Assembly: GCA_965112735.1 (NCBI GenBank)
Contig: OZ218951.1
Coordinates: 2,170,001 to 2,234,000 of the forward strand
Source of the DNA: Phaeosaccion multiseriatum
Lineage: Eukaryota; Protista; Ochrophyta, other classes
Reading direction: 5' to 3'
Length of the DNA: 64,000 nucleotides
Each line of letters begins with the position of its first letter. Positions within the stretch are counted from its first letter, which is position 1. Position numbers and translations under genes: made by a program. The notes under the pieces were generated by a model. That model saw only the letters and a program-made list of their open reading frames with translations. It was not told the DNA's origin and did not search any database. Below, one piece after another: positions 1 to 19,728 of the stretch.

Positions 1-7817
<7,817 letters not shown>

Positions 7818-8434
7818 CTTGCAACCCTCTCTCGCCAACTATTCCGGTCTTCCCAGTGGGGAACGGATGCGTTGATCAACCAGCGGCCCCTCGAAGAAAC
7901 GTGCGAAGGCTGTGCAGGCACAACACCCCCGCGCTTCAAGGCATTTATTCTCCTCTCCTTCTCCCTACGGACGGTACGAGCGGACAATAGCGGGGACGGC
8001 GCTGCACAGAAGCTGAATCTGCACGCGAAGGAAAGAAAGGAGGGTTGGGGTGCTCTGTGAGGTGTGGTAAGAAAAGGGGAAAAAGGGGAGGTATACACCT
8101 TTAAGTGCCATCTGGAATTTGGCATTTGAGATATTCGCCCCTCGCCTCATCTCGCTGACGGATGTTTTTAAATCCCTTTATTCAATTTAAAAGAGGACAG
8201 ACCCGATCGAGAGAGAGAGGAGCCACCTCTACACCTGAGGCAGTAGTGCACACGTAGCTACCAGTGTGGGACGGAAGAGGGGGCAAGCACGAGATCTACT
8301 GCTGACGTATACGAAGGAAGCCCCTCCCCTGGTCTTCGGCGCCCGAGGCGAAGGTCCAATATACGGGGAGAGCAGCAAGGGTAGATAGAAGTTGATCCGT
8401 CCCCTGCGCATAGTTACTGGACGTGCAAGGAAGT

Positions 8435-10954
8435 ATGGAACTGGTAGGAAGCAGCGGCGGTAGCAGCAGCAGCAGCAGCGGGAGTGAAGCCGGAAGTGGC
8501 CATTCCCCAACACACGGGGGGTGGAGGCCTCGAAACCGGCGCATCACGTGGGATGGCGCGAGTAGGGACATGAGTCGCAGCAGAAATAGCAGGGCAGGGG
8601 CAGGACGGAGACCTCGGACTACCTACCATGCAGCCGCGGGTCTCGCCGTTCTGACGCTCACCTCCATGACCCAGGAGGGCGCATGCTTCCTTCCCATCGG
8701 CCCCGTTAGCTCCTCTGGCGGCGGCGGCTCTTCCATCGGCAGTGCCAACAGCTTCACCTCCGCGGCGACCACCTTTGCACACGAGATGCACAGCACCACA
8801 GCCGCAGCAGCAGGCAATGTCGGGCGCAGGAGGCGCAGGAGATCCACCGTGGACGGCGGCTTTAGCACTGCCGATGGCAAGAGCACGAGCAGCATGCAGA
8901 TGAGCATCACGGGGGGCGTGATTGAGAACGTGGTGGTGAAGGTGTTGAAGCTTTGCCTGGCCAACGGCAACTCGCAGCCCCGACACGCGCAGGCCATGGT
9001 GAGCGCAAGCATTGACTCGCGACCTCGAGACCTCATGAAGGGAATGCTCAGCGAGACGAGGGTAGCGGGCAAGAATTGGGAGACGCCCATGGGCCTTACG
9101 ATGCGCACCATCGATCTGCAGCTGAAGAGCATGATGATCCGCTTGGAGGACGTGTTCAAGAAGGGGGAGATTAACTTGAAGGGCCCCATCCTGGGCAGGG
9201 CTGTGCTCAAGCTCACCTCGCTGGACTTTGGAAACTTTATCGGTGAGTGAGTGAGTGAGTGAGTGAGTGAGTTGGGGTAGTGAGTGAGTGAGGGAGGGAG
9301 CGAGTGAGGGAGTGAGGGAGTGAGTGAGTGAGTGAGTGAGTGAGTGAGTGAGTGAGTGAGTGAGTGAGTGAGTGAGTGAGTGAGTGAGTGAGTGAGTGAG
9401 TGAGTGAGTGAGTGAGTGAGTGAGTTGAGTGAGTGAGTGAGTGAGTGAGTTGAGTGAGTGAGTGACTTGAGTGAGTGAGTGGGTGAGTGAATGGTTGAGT
9501 GAGTGAGTGAGTGAGTGAGTGAGTGAGTGAGTGAGTGAGTGAGTGAGTGAGTGAGTGAGTGAGTGAGTGAGTGAGTGAGTGAGTGAGTGAGTGAGTGAGT
9601 GAGTGAGTGAGTGAGTGAGTGAGCGAGTGAGTGAGTGAGTGAGTGAGTGAGTGAGTGAGTGAGTGAGTGAGTGAGTGAGTGAGTGAGTGAGTGAGTGAGT
9701 GAGTGAGTGAGTGAGTGAGTGAGTGAGTGAGTTGAGTGAGTGAGTGAGTGAGTGAGTTGAGTGAGTGAGTGACTTGAGTGAGTGAGTGGGTGAGTGAATG
9801 GTTGAGTGAGTGAGTGAGTGAGTGAGTGAGTGAGTGAGTGAGTGAGTGAGTGAGTGAGTGAGTGAGTGAGTGAGTGAGTGAGTGAGTGAGTGAGTGAGTG
9901 AGTGAGTGAGATGTGTCGGAAGAGGGTCTGAGAGAGAGGTGGAAAGTGAGGCAAGAGATGGTACAGAGTGAGGCAAGAAGGTAGAAAGTGAGGCAGAGGG
10001 GAGGCGGTGAGGCGAATTTTGTGTGATTCCATGTGACGAACGAAATGTGTGTGTGTGGGGGGGGGGGGAATGGCGGGCAACAATTAAGGCGACTTTTCGC
10101 TGCTGTCCCCCCCACACCCACGCGCCCACCCACCCAACCACACACACACTTACACACTCCTCCCAACCCCCCCACCCCCCCTCCTTCCTCAGTGCACCCC
10201 CTGATGGAGTCGGCCAAGCTCCCCTCTGGCGACTTTGTCTTCTGCCGGGACGGGGTCTCCATCTGTCCCGACGCAAACACCGTCACCTTCCAGGGGGTGT
10301 GGTACGACGAAACCGTCACCGTGGAGACCTCGGTGGAGAGGCTCAACGGACCATTCACGGTGCGATCACACGACAAGACGCGGTTCGATTTGGCGTCTAA
10401 AATTACCTCTACTCTGCCCCCCCCCCCCTCCTCTCTCTCTCTTCATCTCCCTCTCATACACACGCACTCACTACCCAAACATCCCCCACCCAACCCTTCT
10501 CCTCCCTCCTCCCCTCCTCCTCTGCTCCCCTGCTCCCCTCCGATCGCGCTCTTATCTGCTGATCCAACAGGTGAGGCTGACTGACCCGGCCCGGCTCACT
10601 GACTTGGGCATTCACACCCTCCTCACCGAGCTCAAGGCCTTCTTCGAGGACCACTCGCTTGACCTCGACGGGACGGACGTGTCCATCGTCGACCTCCAGG
10701 TGAGTTAGTCGGAGTTTCAGCTATTTTGTCCTCCACCTTGTCTATACCAGTAAGACTTTTGAGTTCCAGTGTCTCGGAGTGTCTCTTGAGGAAAGACATT
10801 GATCGTAACTGCTGCTGCTGCTGCTGCTGCTGCTTCTGTTTGTGTTTGCTCTGTTTATCAGGTGAAGAGAGACACGTGCGGCTCCAGCGTGGCCTACGTG
10901 ACCACGGATGTCAAGGTCAACCGCATACCCGACCCTCGCAGCCTCAAGTTCTGA
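8435..10954 (+). CDS. DUF2993/LmeA-like protein, probably plastid-targeted, 4 exons
   Basis: Exons at about 8435 (or 8570)-9242, 10193-10359, 10571-10699 and 10862-10954 join in frame at GT-AG sites. The domain reads ASIDSRPRDLMKGMLSETRVAGKNW...GPILGRAVLKLTSLDFGNFIVHPL. The N-terminus AAAGLAVLTLTSMTQEGAC-FLP followed by a Ser-rich stretch resembles an ASAFAP-type bipartite plastid presequence. Family assignment is by recall. Confidence 0.6.
9243..9910 (+). repeat. (GAGT)n microsatellite continuing directly from the GTGAGT donor
   Basis: Directly visible. Confidence 0.95.
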
Positions 10955-12421
10955 GGGGAGGAGAGAGAGACTGTGAAGGGGAGGGAGAGACACACACAGA
11001 GCGAGAGAGAGAGAGAGAGGAAGAGGGAGGGAGAGCGAGAGAGAGAGAGAGAGGAAGAGGGAGGGAGAGCGAGAGAGAGAGAAAGAGAGGGAAGAAGGAG
11101 GGAGCCGTCGTCTGTCACGCTCGTCAGCACAAGTAGTAGTAGTAGACAAGAGCGAGAGAGAGAGCGCGAGAGACTGAGAGAGAGAGAGAGAGAGAGAAAG
11201 AAAGAGAGCGAGAGAGAATGGGGTGCCTGGCGAGCGGTGCGTGTCGGTCGAAGGAGTGTGAGTGGGGGCGCGTCGGAGGGAGGGAGAGGTGCATGACGCT
11301 TCCAACGAAGTCAACACGGTGGTCAGCACGGTGGTCAACACGGTGGTCAACACGGTGGTCAACATGGTGGTCAACACGGTGGTCATTGTCTGACAGAGGC
11401 CGGGACCCCCGTTGCTGGATCCATGGCAGGCGTCACGCATCTTTCTCTGCCCGCACAGAGACAAGAGGAGACTCGCAGACACACACGCAAGCAAAGCAAG
11501 CGCCCTTTGCATTCCTGCCATCGTAGGAGGGTGGTCGCCAATTGCTGACGGCAAGGAGGCTTGGATGGCACTTCACGAGAGGAAGAGGAGGAGGAAGAGG
11601 ACGAGGACGACGAGGACGAGGAGGACGAGGAGGAAGAAGAAGATGCATTACTGACGGGAGACGCAGCACGTACATACACGTGTCGGTATTGTGCCTGCTC
11701 CGTGCTCTCATAGCTATGAAGGGACTTGCCTCTTTTATCTCGCGGAGGGGAGGGCAATGCGCGATGGGCGATGGGGATGAACTGAGCAGAGACGGCAAAA
11801 ATTTCCTTTTTTTTATGATGATGATGGCTATGGTTTTATTATTAGTATTGAGCATCCCCAGGCGGGGGGGACAGGGGGGGGGGCGGGGCAAGGGCAAAGA
11901 AAGTTTTACGCAAGTACAACAGGACAGGGAGGGAGGTACGACAGGGAGGCTCAGTGGATGGGCTTGACTTGACAAGGGATGGATGGGGTGACGCCGGAGG
12001 GGGGGAGGGGAGGGAAGGGCAGAGAAGGAGGGCATTTGACAGGGAGGGCGGGGTCCCTGTGAAGGGGAGAGAGAGGCAAGTGTAACAACAAAACAAGAGG
12101 GTATTACTAGCATTATTACGTATAATAGATATTTTTTTAAAATAATAATAAAAAAAAAAAAAGTACTGTTTTACTCATTTTTGGCCGTAGACCCAACAAC
12201 GCATGGTGTTGTGTGTAATGGTGAGGGGTCTATCAATCTATCAACAGCAAAGCCGTAAATGCCCCCCTTGCCTTTTGCCACCCTTTCTCCGCCTTGTCCA
12301 AAAGACAACATATGAGACAAGGAAGGATCCCTTCACCTTCCACCCCACATTGCTCAAATGTACACCCTCCACCCCTCCACAAGGACAAGAAGGAGTACGG
12401 GGGTTATGCTTCGGGTATTGT

Positions 12422-13648
12422 TCATTGCTGGTTCCGGCCTCCTGGCCACTCTACTGGCCACTTCCACCTCCAGTGACTTACTACTCTGCCCTCGATGTTG
12501 GCCACCGGCAGCAGCCCCCACGAGTGCGAGTCGAAGCTTAGGTTGCGATTGTCGCCGAGCACCACCACAAAGCCCGGCGGTACGGTCAGCAGCGGGCACG
12601 AGAAGGACGAGTAGGGCTCTCCGGGGGCAGCAGCTCGAGGGCAAGACGATGGTGATGATGAAGGTGATGATGGTGACGATGATGACGGTGAGGCAGCAGT
12701 AGGAGTAGCAGTAGCAGTACCAGGGGGGGCGCCGTTGACGTAGACAAGGCCGCTATTCTTCTTCACCTCGAAGGTATCGCCCGGCACAGCGACCACTCGC
12801 TTCACGAAGCTCCTCGCCCTTCTCACCTGATCCACCATCTCTAGGGCGCGGCCCTCCCTCCCTCCACCACCTCCACCGCCTGTTCTAGCTTCACTGCTCG
12901 TCATGCCTCCTCCTGCTGCTCTTGTCGCTGCAGCCGATGGTGCAGCAATGTCTTGGTCCCCGCCTCCCTCACCCTCCCTCTGTTGCTCGCTCCGGCGTCT
13001 CCTCGTCTTGCCTCTCCCCCGCCCACCTCCTCCTCCGCTCGAAATACTTTGCTCCTGCTGCCTAGCCCTCCCCCGCCGCAGTAGCGAAGCTTCCATTCCG
13101 TCCAGTACTCGCCAGCACGCCTCTGGGGGGCGAAACACCACCACCTGCCCTCTCCATCTCTCCGCCCTTCGGCGGGCACTACTGCTGCTTCTGGCACTAC
13201 AACCCAACCCATCGGTGCTTCCGTCTTGATCAAACTCTTCCTCTTGCTGCGGCTTGCTGCTCCTCTTCCGTCTCTGCCGCCGCCGCCGCCGCTGCTGCTG
13301 CTGCTGCTGCTGTTGGATGGGAAGGATGGGAAGGGGGTGTTCTTGGGCCTCCTCTGGCACTGCCGCTCGAGGTAATAGGGGAAGGAACCGAGGCGTGACC
13401 TTGTCCACGACAATGATAGATCCGGGCGGTATGGAGGGCGACATGGAGGAGTGGCTGAGGCGCTGCACGTCCACGACCCAGCCGCGCAGTGCAAGTGCCA
13501 GGCCGTAGGAGAGGGTCAGCAGACGGGCTTCGGCGAAGGACGAACCAGTGGCAAGCTTGCGTATCTTGGGGCCTATCCCTCCATCCAGAGCAGCCATGCT
13601 ACTCGATACCCGAGGACAAAGGGTGCCTGCACGAATCGCTGATATCAA
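12422..13648 (-). CDS. Signal peptidase I (S26 family) with long low-complexity insertions; true start uncertain, possible extra 5' exon near 13692-13813
   Basis: Catalytic Ser box SHSSMSPSI, VVVFRPP, catalytic Lys box FVKRVVAVPGD, and box E VLGDNRNLSFDSHSWG...IEGRV. Confidence 0.9.
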   Translation of the reverse strand: MISAIRAGTLCPRVSSSMAALDGGIGPKIRKLATGSSFAEARLLTLSYGLALALRGWVVDVQRLSHSSMSPSIPPGSIIVVDKVTPRFLPLLPRAAVPEEAQEHPLPILPIQQQQQQQQRRRRRQRRKRSSKPQQEEEFDQDGSTDGLGCSARSSSSARRRAERWRGQVVVFRPPEACWRVLDGMEASLLRRGRARQQEQSISSGGGGGRGRGKTRRRRSEQQREGEGGGDQDIAAPSAAATRAAGGGMTSSEARTGGGGGGGREGRALEMVDQVRRARSFVKRVVAVPGDTFEVKKNSGLVYVNGAPPGTATATPTAASPSSSSPSSPSSSPSSCPRAAAPGEPYSSFSCPLLTVPPGFVVVLGDNRNLSFDSHSWGLLPVANIEGRVVSHWRWKWPVEWPGGRNQQ

Positions 13649-13916
13649 TCGCGATGATTTCGCTCGCGTGTTGGTGGTACTATCGACTCACAGATTTCGG
13701 TGTAACGGGGGAGGCGCAAAAACGAGAAGAGCCGCAGCAGCGCAGCAGCAGGAGGAGCAGGAGCAGCGCTGCCGTAAGAGAGGGAAGGTGGCATAAGAGC
13801 TGCTCTGGGTCATGGCCTGGGCAGTAGAAGCAGGAGGTGGAAGCTAAGCAGTCGATGAAAGTATGTGCTCTTTGAGGGAAACGGTGGACTGCATCGCAGT
13901 CTAGCACGGAGTAAAA

Positions 13917-15575
13917 ATGATGGATAGGGTTCCAAGACGGGGTCCGAAGAGGGGGCGACTGGGCGGACGAGGCGAGAGGGGAACTGGAGAGACGCACAAA
14001 GTGGCCGCCGATTCAGCCTCGGCCTCTCGCCTGAGTCTTCCCTCCTGCATGAGCAGTACCAACACTCTCAGCACTATCAACACCTTCCATTCTGTTTCAC
14101 CAACCCTAGACGGCCCGGCCATTCTGAGCCAGGAGCTGCTGCTGCAGCAGTACCAAGACAGGCAGCTTATTCCAGAGCCTCGGGACGATCAGCAGCATCA
14201 GCAACAGCAGTCACGCAGTCAAAGCGGCAGGCGGACAGCAGAGGCAGGCTCTCGAGCAGAGGCAAGATCTCGGCGAGGGAATAGTGCAAGCAGGGGGAAA
14301 GAAGGGGGAGGTGGAGGAGGAGGGAGAGGAGGAGGAGGAGGAGGAGGAGGAGGAGGAGGAGGGAGAGGAGGAGGAGGAGGAGGAGGGGGAGGATCAGGAG
14401 GAGCAGGAGCAGGAGGGAGAGGAGTAGGGGAAGCGGATGACGGTGGTGAGGTCAGCAGCGGGCCTCCTAGTGGCAAAGGTGGTCGAGGGAGCAAGGCAGA
14501 GAGCCAAGTGTCCGGAGCAACAGCAGCAACAGCTGCAGCATCCAAGGCAGCGGCTGCGGCTGCTGTGATCGCTCAAAGGAGAGCCAACACTGTGCCCGAG
14601 AGAAGCAGCAGGGCGGTACTGAGGGGAAAGGCCATGCCCTTCACAACACAGCCAGCTCCTGCCTACGGTAGCCAGGCAGAGAGGGCGGGCGGTGGCGGGG
14701 GTGGGGCTCAACTTGAGCCTGGCAATAGGGCCAAGAGGAAAGCAGTGAGCGACGATGCCCTCATGAGCAGCATCAACAGGGCCAACGCATTGGCCGCCTC
14801 TGGCTCCTCCCCCTCCGCCAACGGCAATCCCGCTCCTACCACTCTGGCCAGCAACACCAGCAGCACGGGCCCTCCTCCCTCTCTCTCCCCTGCCACTCCT
14901 TCTCCTTTCGGAGGCCTGACGGACAGCCTCGTGACCGTTGCCACGCTGGCGAGGTTGTGTGAGGAGACGCCTTTGTCGTCGTCGGTTGCTGCGTCTCGCT
15001 TGGACTTTCTCCTCGACCACAGGGTGCGTTTGGTTGGTTGGTTGGTTGGTTGGGTGGGTGGTTGGTTGGTTGGTTGTACTGCACTTGTTACTTGTGGGGC
15101 AGTGTGCCGTGCGTCCTTGTCTTGCTCTCATTCCTATCACTCCCCTCTCCCCTCTCATCCTTCTCCCCCCCCCCCCCTCCTCCTCCTCCTCCTCCTCCTC
15201 CTCCTCCTCCTCCTCCTCCTCCTCCTCCTCCTCCTCCTCCTCCTCCTCCTCCTCCTCCTCCTCCTCCTCCTCCTCCTCCTCCTCCCCGTCGAACGTGGTA
15301 TGCCTCTCATCTGCCTGCCCATACGCGCACCCCCCAGGAGTATACTCAGGTGTGGGAGGCCTTCTGCCATTGGCTGAGGAGGGAGCTCTCTCTCAGTCGC
15401 CATATCTCCATCCCGCGCTTCGGCTTCCTCGGTGAGGGATAGTTTGGTGCTGCTTTACCTTACGTAACTGGGGATGCGATTCTTACGTAACTGGGGATAT
15501 GATTCTTACGTAACTGGGGATGTAGTCCTTACGAGTCTCTCCAGTTGAGACCTTTTATCGATGTGGATACGCTCT

Positions 15576-15608
<33 letters not shown>

Positions 15609-15775
15609 TCGCCTTTCTCCCTCCCTCCCTCTCGCTCTTCTCTCTCTCTCTCTTTCTCTCCCCTTTCTCCCTCCCTCCCTCTCGCTCTTCTCTCTCTCTC
15701 CTCTCTCTCTCCCTCACCCTCCCTCTCTCTCTCCCTCACCCTCCCACTCTCTCGCTCTTCTCTCTCCCTCTCTCT

Positions 15776-15806
<31 letters not shown>

Positions 15807-17632
15807 CCTCTTTCTCCCCCCCCCCTTCTCGCTCTCACTCTCTCCCATACCACTCCGTCCTGTAGATGCTCCTCACCTCCCTCCTGTCCTTAAGTAACCC
15901 TACGTGTGTGTCCTGCCCACCCGCTCCTCCCCCTCCCGGACAGGCTCCCGCACCTTCAGCATGGGCATCCGGATACCCACTTTCGAGATGAGCAGCATGT
16001 ACTTGTCACGGCACGGAATGCAGCAGGAGCAAAACCTTTCTTCTTACAGCAGCAAGGGCGTGGGGGTGGCGCAGACCTCCAAGTTCACACCAAAGGTGAG
16101 GCGCGCAAGCAGCAAGGGGACAAGAACGGGGGGGGGGGGGGCACAAGGAGCGAGGAGGATAAGGAGGGAGGAGGGGAAGGAGGGGGGGTCGGATGGGGGC
16201 GCGTCTTTGTTAACGTGTTTGTTAACGTGTTGGTCCCTTTTGGGCCTTGTGTGCTTGGTTTTGCTTCCTCCTGTCCATCGCCCCACCCAACTCCATCGCC
16301 TTCAACTACTCCAACCTTCCACCCCCCTCCCCACTCACCCCCACTGCACGCTCAACTCACTCACTCACTCACTCACTCACTCACTCACTCACTCACTCAC
16401 TCATTCACTCACTCACCCACTCACTCACTCACTCACTCACTCACTCACTCACTCACTCATTCACTCACTCATTCACTCACTCACTCACTCACTCACTCAC
16501 TCACTCACTCACTCACTCACTCACTCACTCACTCACTCACCCACTCACTCACCCACTCACTCACTCACTCACTCACTCACTCACTCACTCACTCACTCAC
16601 TCACTCATTCACTCACTCACTCATTCACTCACTCACTCATTCACTCACCCACTCACTCACTCACTCACTCACTCACTCACTCATTCACTCACTCACTCAC
16701 TCACTCATTTATTCACTCATTCACTCACTCACTCACTCACTCACTCACTCACTCACCCACCCACTCACTCACTCACTCACTCCCCACTCCCACTCTCCAA
16801 CAAAAGGTGCTACTGGGGCAATGTGGTGGGTCTGACATCACCGGCGGCGGTGACCAAGACAGAGACAGAGACAGAGACAACCGACACCAACACCAAAGCA
16901 AGAAGCAAAGCCTGAGGCCAATGTCCGAGGAGCGTATCGGTTTCGCACTGGAGAGTCTGTTGGAGCAGGCGGGGCGAGTGGCCGGGGGGGGTGCCCTCCT
17001 GTGGCTCGACTTTGGGGTGGGGGTGTTGGCTGCATGTGATGCCGTCGCCAAGTTTACCTTTGTGCAGCAGGGGCAGGGCAACGGGCCGCCGGGGGGACGG
17101 GGGAGGGGGGGAGGAGGAGGAGGAGGAGGAGGAGGAGGAGAAGGAGGAGGAGGAGGAGGAGGAGGAGGAGGAGGAGGAGGAGGAGGAGGAGGAGGAGGAG
17201 GAGGAGGAGCAGCAGCAGCAACAGGAGCAGGAGCAGGAGCAGCAGCAGCAGCAGCAGCAGGAGGAGTTGGTGACGCAGGAGGAGGAGGGCGAGGGGGAGG
17301 GAGGGGAGCGCCTTCCCGTCCACGAGGAGGAGGGGGGAGAAAGGGGGGGCAAGGCGCCTCCAGGGGGGTACACTCCAGGGGGGCACGCTCCCAGGGGGCG
17401 CTAGGGTCCTCTGGGAAGTACTTCATTCCCGTCAGCTGCCAGGGGGCTGCCAACACGGGAGGGAGTGTCCACTCAGTCCAGCATCAAGACCTTCTTGATT
17501 CACTCATTCTCCACCCAAACAGGTAGGGCAGTGAGGCAGTGAGGCAGGCAGGCAGGCAGGCAGGCAGACAGGGAGGCAGGCAGGCAGGCAGTGAGGCAGT
17601 GAGGCAGGCAGGCAGGCAGGCAGGCATATGGG

Positions 17633-17663
<31 letters not shown>

Positions 17664-17709
17664 TCCGTCAGTCAGTCCGGCAGTCAGTCAGTCCATCAGT
17701 CAGTCAGTC

Positions 17710-17741
<32 letters not shown>

Positions 17742-19695
17742 AGTCAGTCAGTCAGTCAGTCAGTCAGTCAGTCAATCAGTCAGTGCTCTTCTTATCCTAT
17801 CCCCTTACCCCCCCCCCCCTAAACACACATAGCCTTGACGGGGAGGAGTCCATGGAAGACAAGGGCCGCGCTGAGCTGTTGAGGGCCTGGCACCCGTCGG
17901 ACAGCCCAACCAGTATCTCTACTGGTGTCAGGACTGAAGCTACCGGGACCGGAGGGACAGAGCAGGGGACAGCAGCAGCAGCCGAAGGGGGAGGAGGAGG
18001 AGGAGGAGGAGGAGGAGGAGTAGAAGCATCGCTCGCCGCCGCCGTGTGTGTGGGGGGTATGGCAGCGGCATTGGGTGCCTCGATGCCCAAGCTGAGCAAG
18101 ACCGCCGCGGCGTGGAGGGCGGTGAGGGGCAAGGAGAAGGAGGGGGGGCGAGAGGCAGGGGGGACGGGGGGCAGCACTTGTGCGGTGACGGAGATGCTCA
18201 GCCAAGCCAGCGGGAGGGCTCTCCTGGAACGTTCCGACAGCGGCGGCTTTACGGTGAGGGAGGAGGAGGAGGAGGAGGAGGAGGAGCAGCAGGAGGAAGA
18301 GGAGGAGGAGGAGGAGGAGGAGGAGGAGGAGGAGGAGGAGGAGGAGGAGGAGGAGGAGGAGGAGGAGGAGGAGGAGGAGGAGGAGGAGGGACAACTAAAC
18401 TCTCTTGCTCTCTTGCTCTCTTGCTCTTGCCTTGTGGCTGTCTCTCACCCCGCCCCACCACTCCTCTCCCCACCCACGAACGCACACACGCACACACGCT
18501 CACTCCTGTAGAACCTTGATCGGAAGGGATCGGGAGGTGAGGGAGCAGCAGCAATGGCGACAGCAGCAATGGCGAGTACCAACACGAGCAGAGTACTCTT
18601 CCTCGGAAACCTCTTCTCCCACCCCGGGAGTAGTAGCTTAGGTGACTCCTCTTCTTCTTCTCAGTCGTCAATGTCTCAGTCTGCCCAACACCCGCCGCCT
18701 CCTCTGCTGGACGCCTTCTCGCGCCTTCGTACGGCAATTCTCCCCGCGGATCCCGGTGGGGACGGTATTGGAGGAGGTAGTGGGGTGGGGAGCAACAGTG
18801 TCGCCATCATTGGCAGTTACTTTTCTCCGGGGGCGGCGAGGGTTGCCCTCACGGACTCTGGGTTGGTGCTGCGCCCGCCCCCCGGGGGAGGAGATGGGGG
18901 GGGGGGGAGGAGGCCGAGGCGGCGCTTGGACAGCAGCCTAGAGTTCCGTTACGGAATCAACGCAGAGGACGCAAGCTTCAGGGAGGCACATCCCTTCGCG
19001 CAAAACAGCGTCAACATCAGCAGCATGCAGAGCAGCGTCAACAGCAACAGCATCGGCGGCCTTGGTTTGGGCAGTGGTGGTGGCAGTCTGTGTGTCGGGG
19101 GGGGGAGTATTGTTGGTGGAGGTGGAAGCATTAGAGAGGGGGGGGGGGTTGGGCATCTATTGGTGGGGCACCCCTTCTCTTCTTCGCTGACGGCAAGTGT
19201 GGAGACAGAAGCAGATGCTGAAGCAGTTGGTGATACAGCAGCATCAGCAGAGGTAGGAGGAGGAGGAGGAGGAGGAGGAGGAGGAGAAGGAGGAGGAGAA
19301 GCCCCGATGGCCTCAGACGCGGGGGAGGGACAGCTAACTCTGCGACGCCAACGCCTTCACAGCCGAGGGAAAAGGCCCCGCTCCCTCAGCAGCAGCTGCA
19401 GCAGTTGGTGGTACAGCAGTAGCAGCAGCAGCAGCAGCAGCAGCGGCGGCGGCGGCGGCGGGGGTAGCATCTTCGCCCCCTATTCGAGTAACAATGGTGC
19501 GGGTGGGCGTGGCCGGGGTGGTGATGAACCTCTGGCGGCCCAGCTAGAGCAAGACGAGGCAGAGGCCCTGGCAGAGGAGAGACTCTCTACAGCACGCTAC
19601 TTGCACTATCTCTTGGAGGACACTCAGCTCACGGAGTCAGTGGTACGTGGGTTTGTGTTTGAGTTTGAGTGTGTGTGTGTATGTGTGTGCGTGTA

Positions 19696-19728
<33 letters not shown>

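Noticed and set aside
10742-11554. Minus-strand ORF with signal-like start MQRALALLACVSASLLLSLCG and TTVL repeats
   Set aside because: It runs into microsatellite and antisense of the DUF2993-like gene, with no supporting splice structure or domain.
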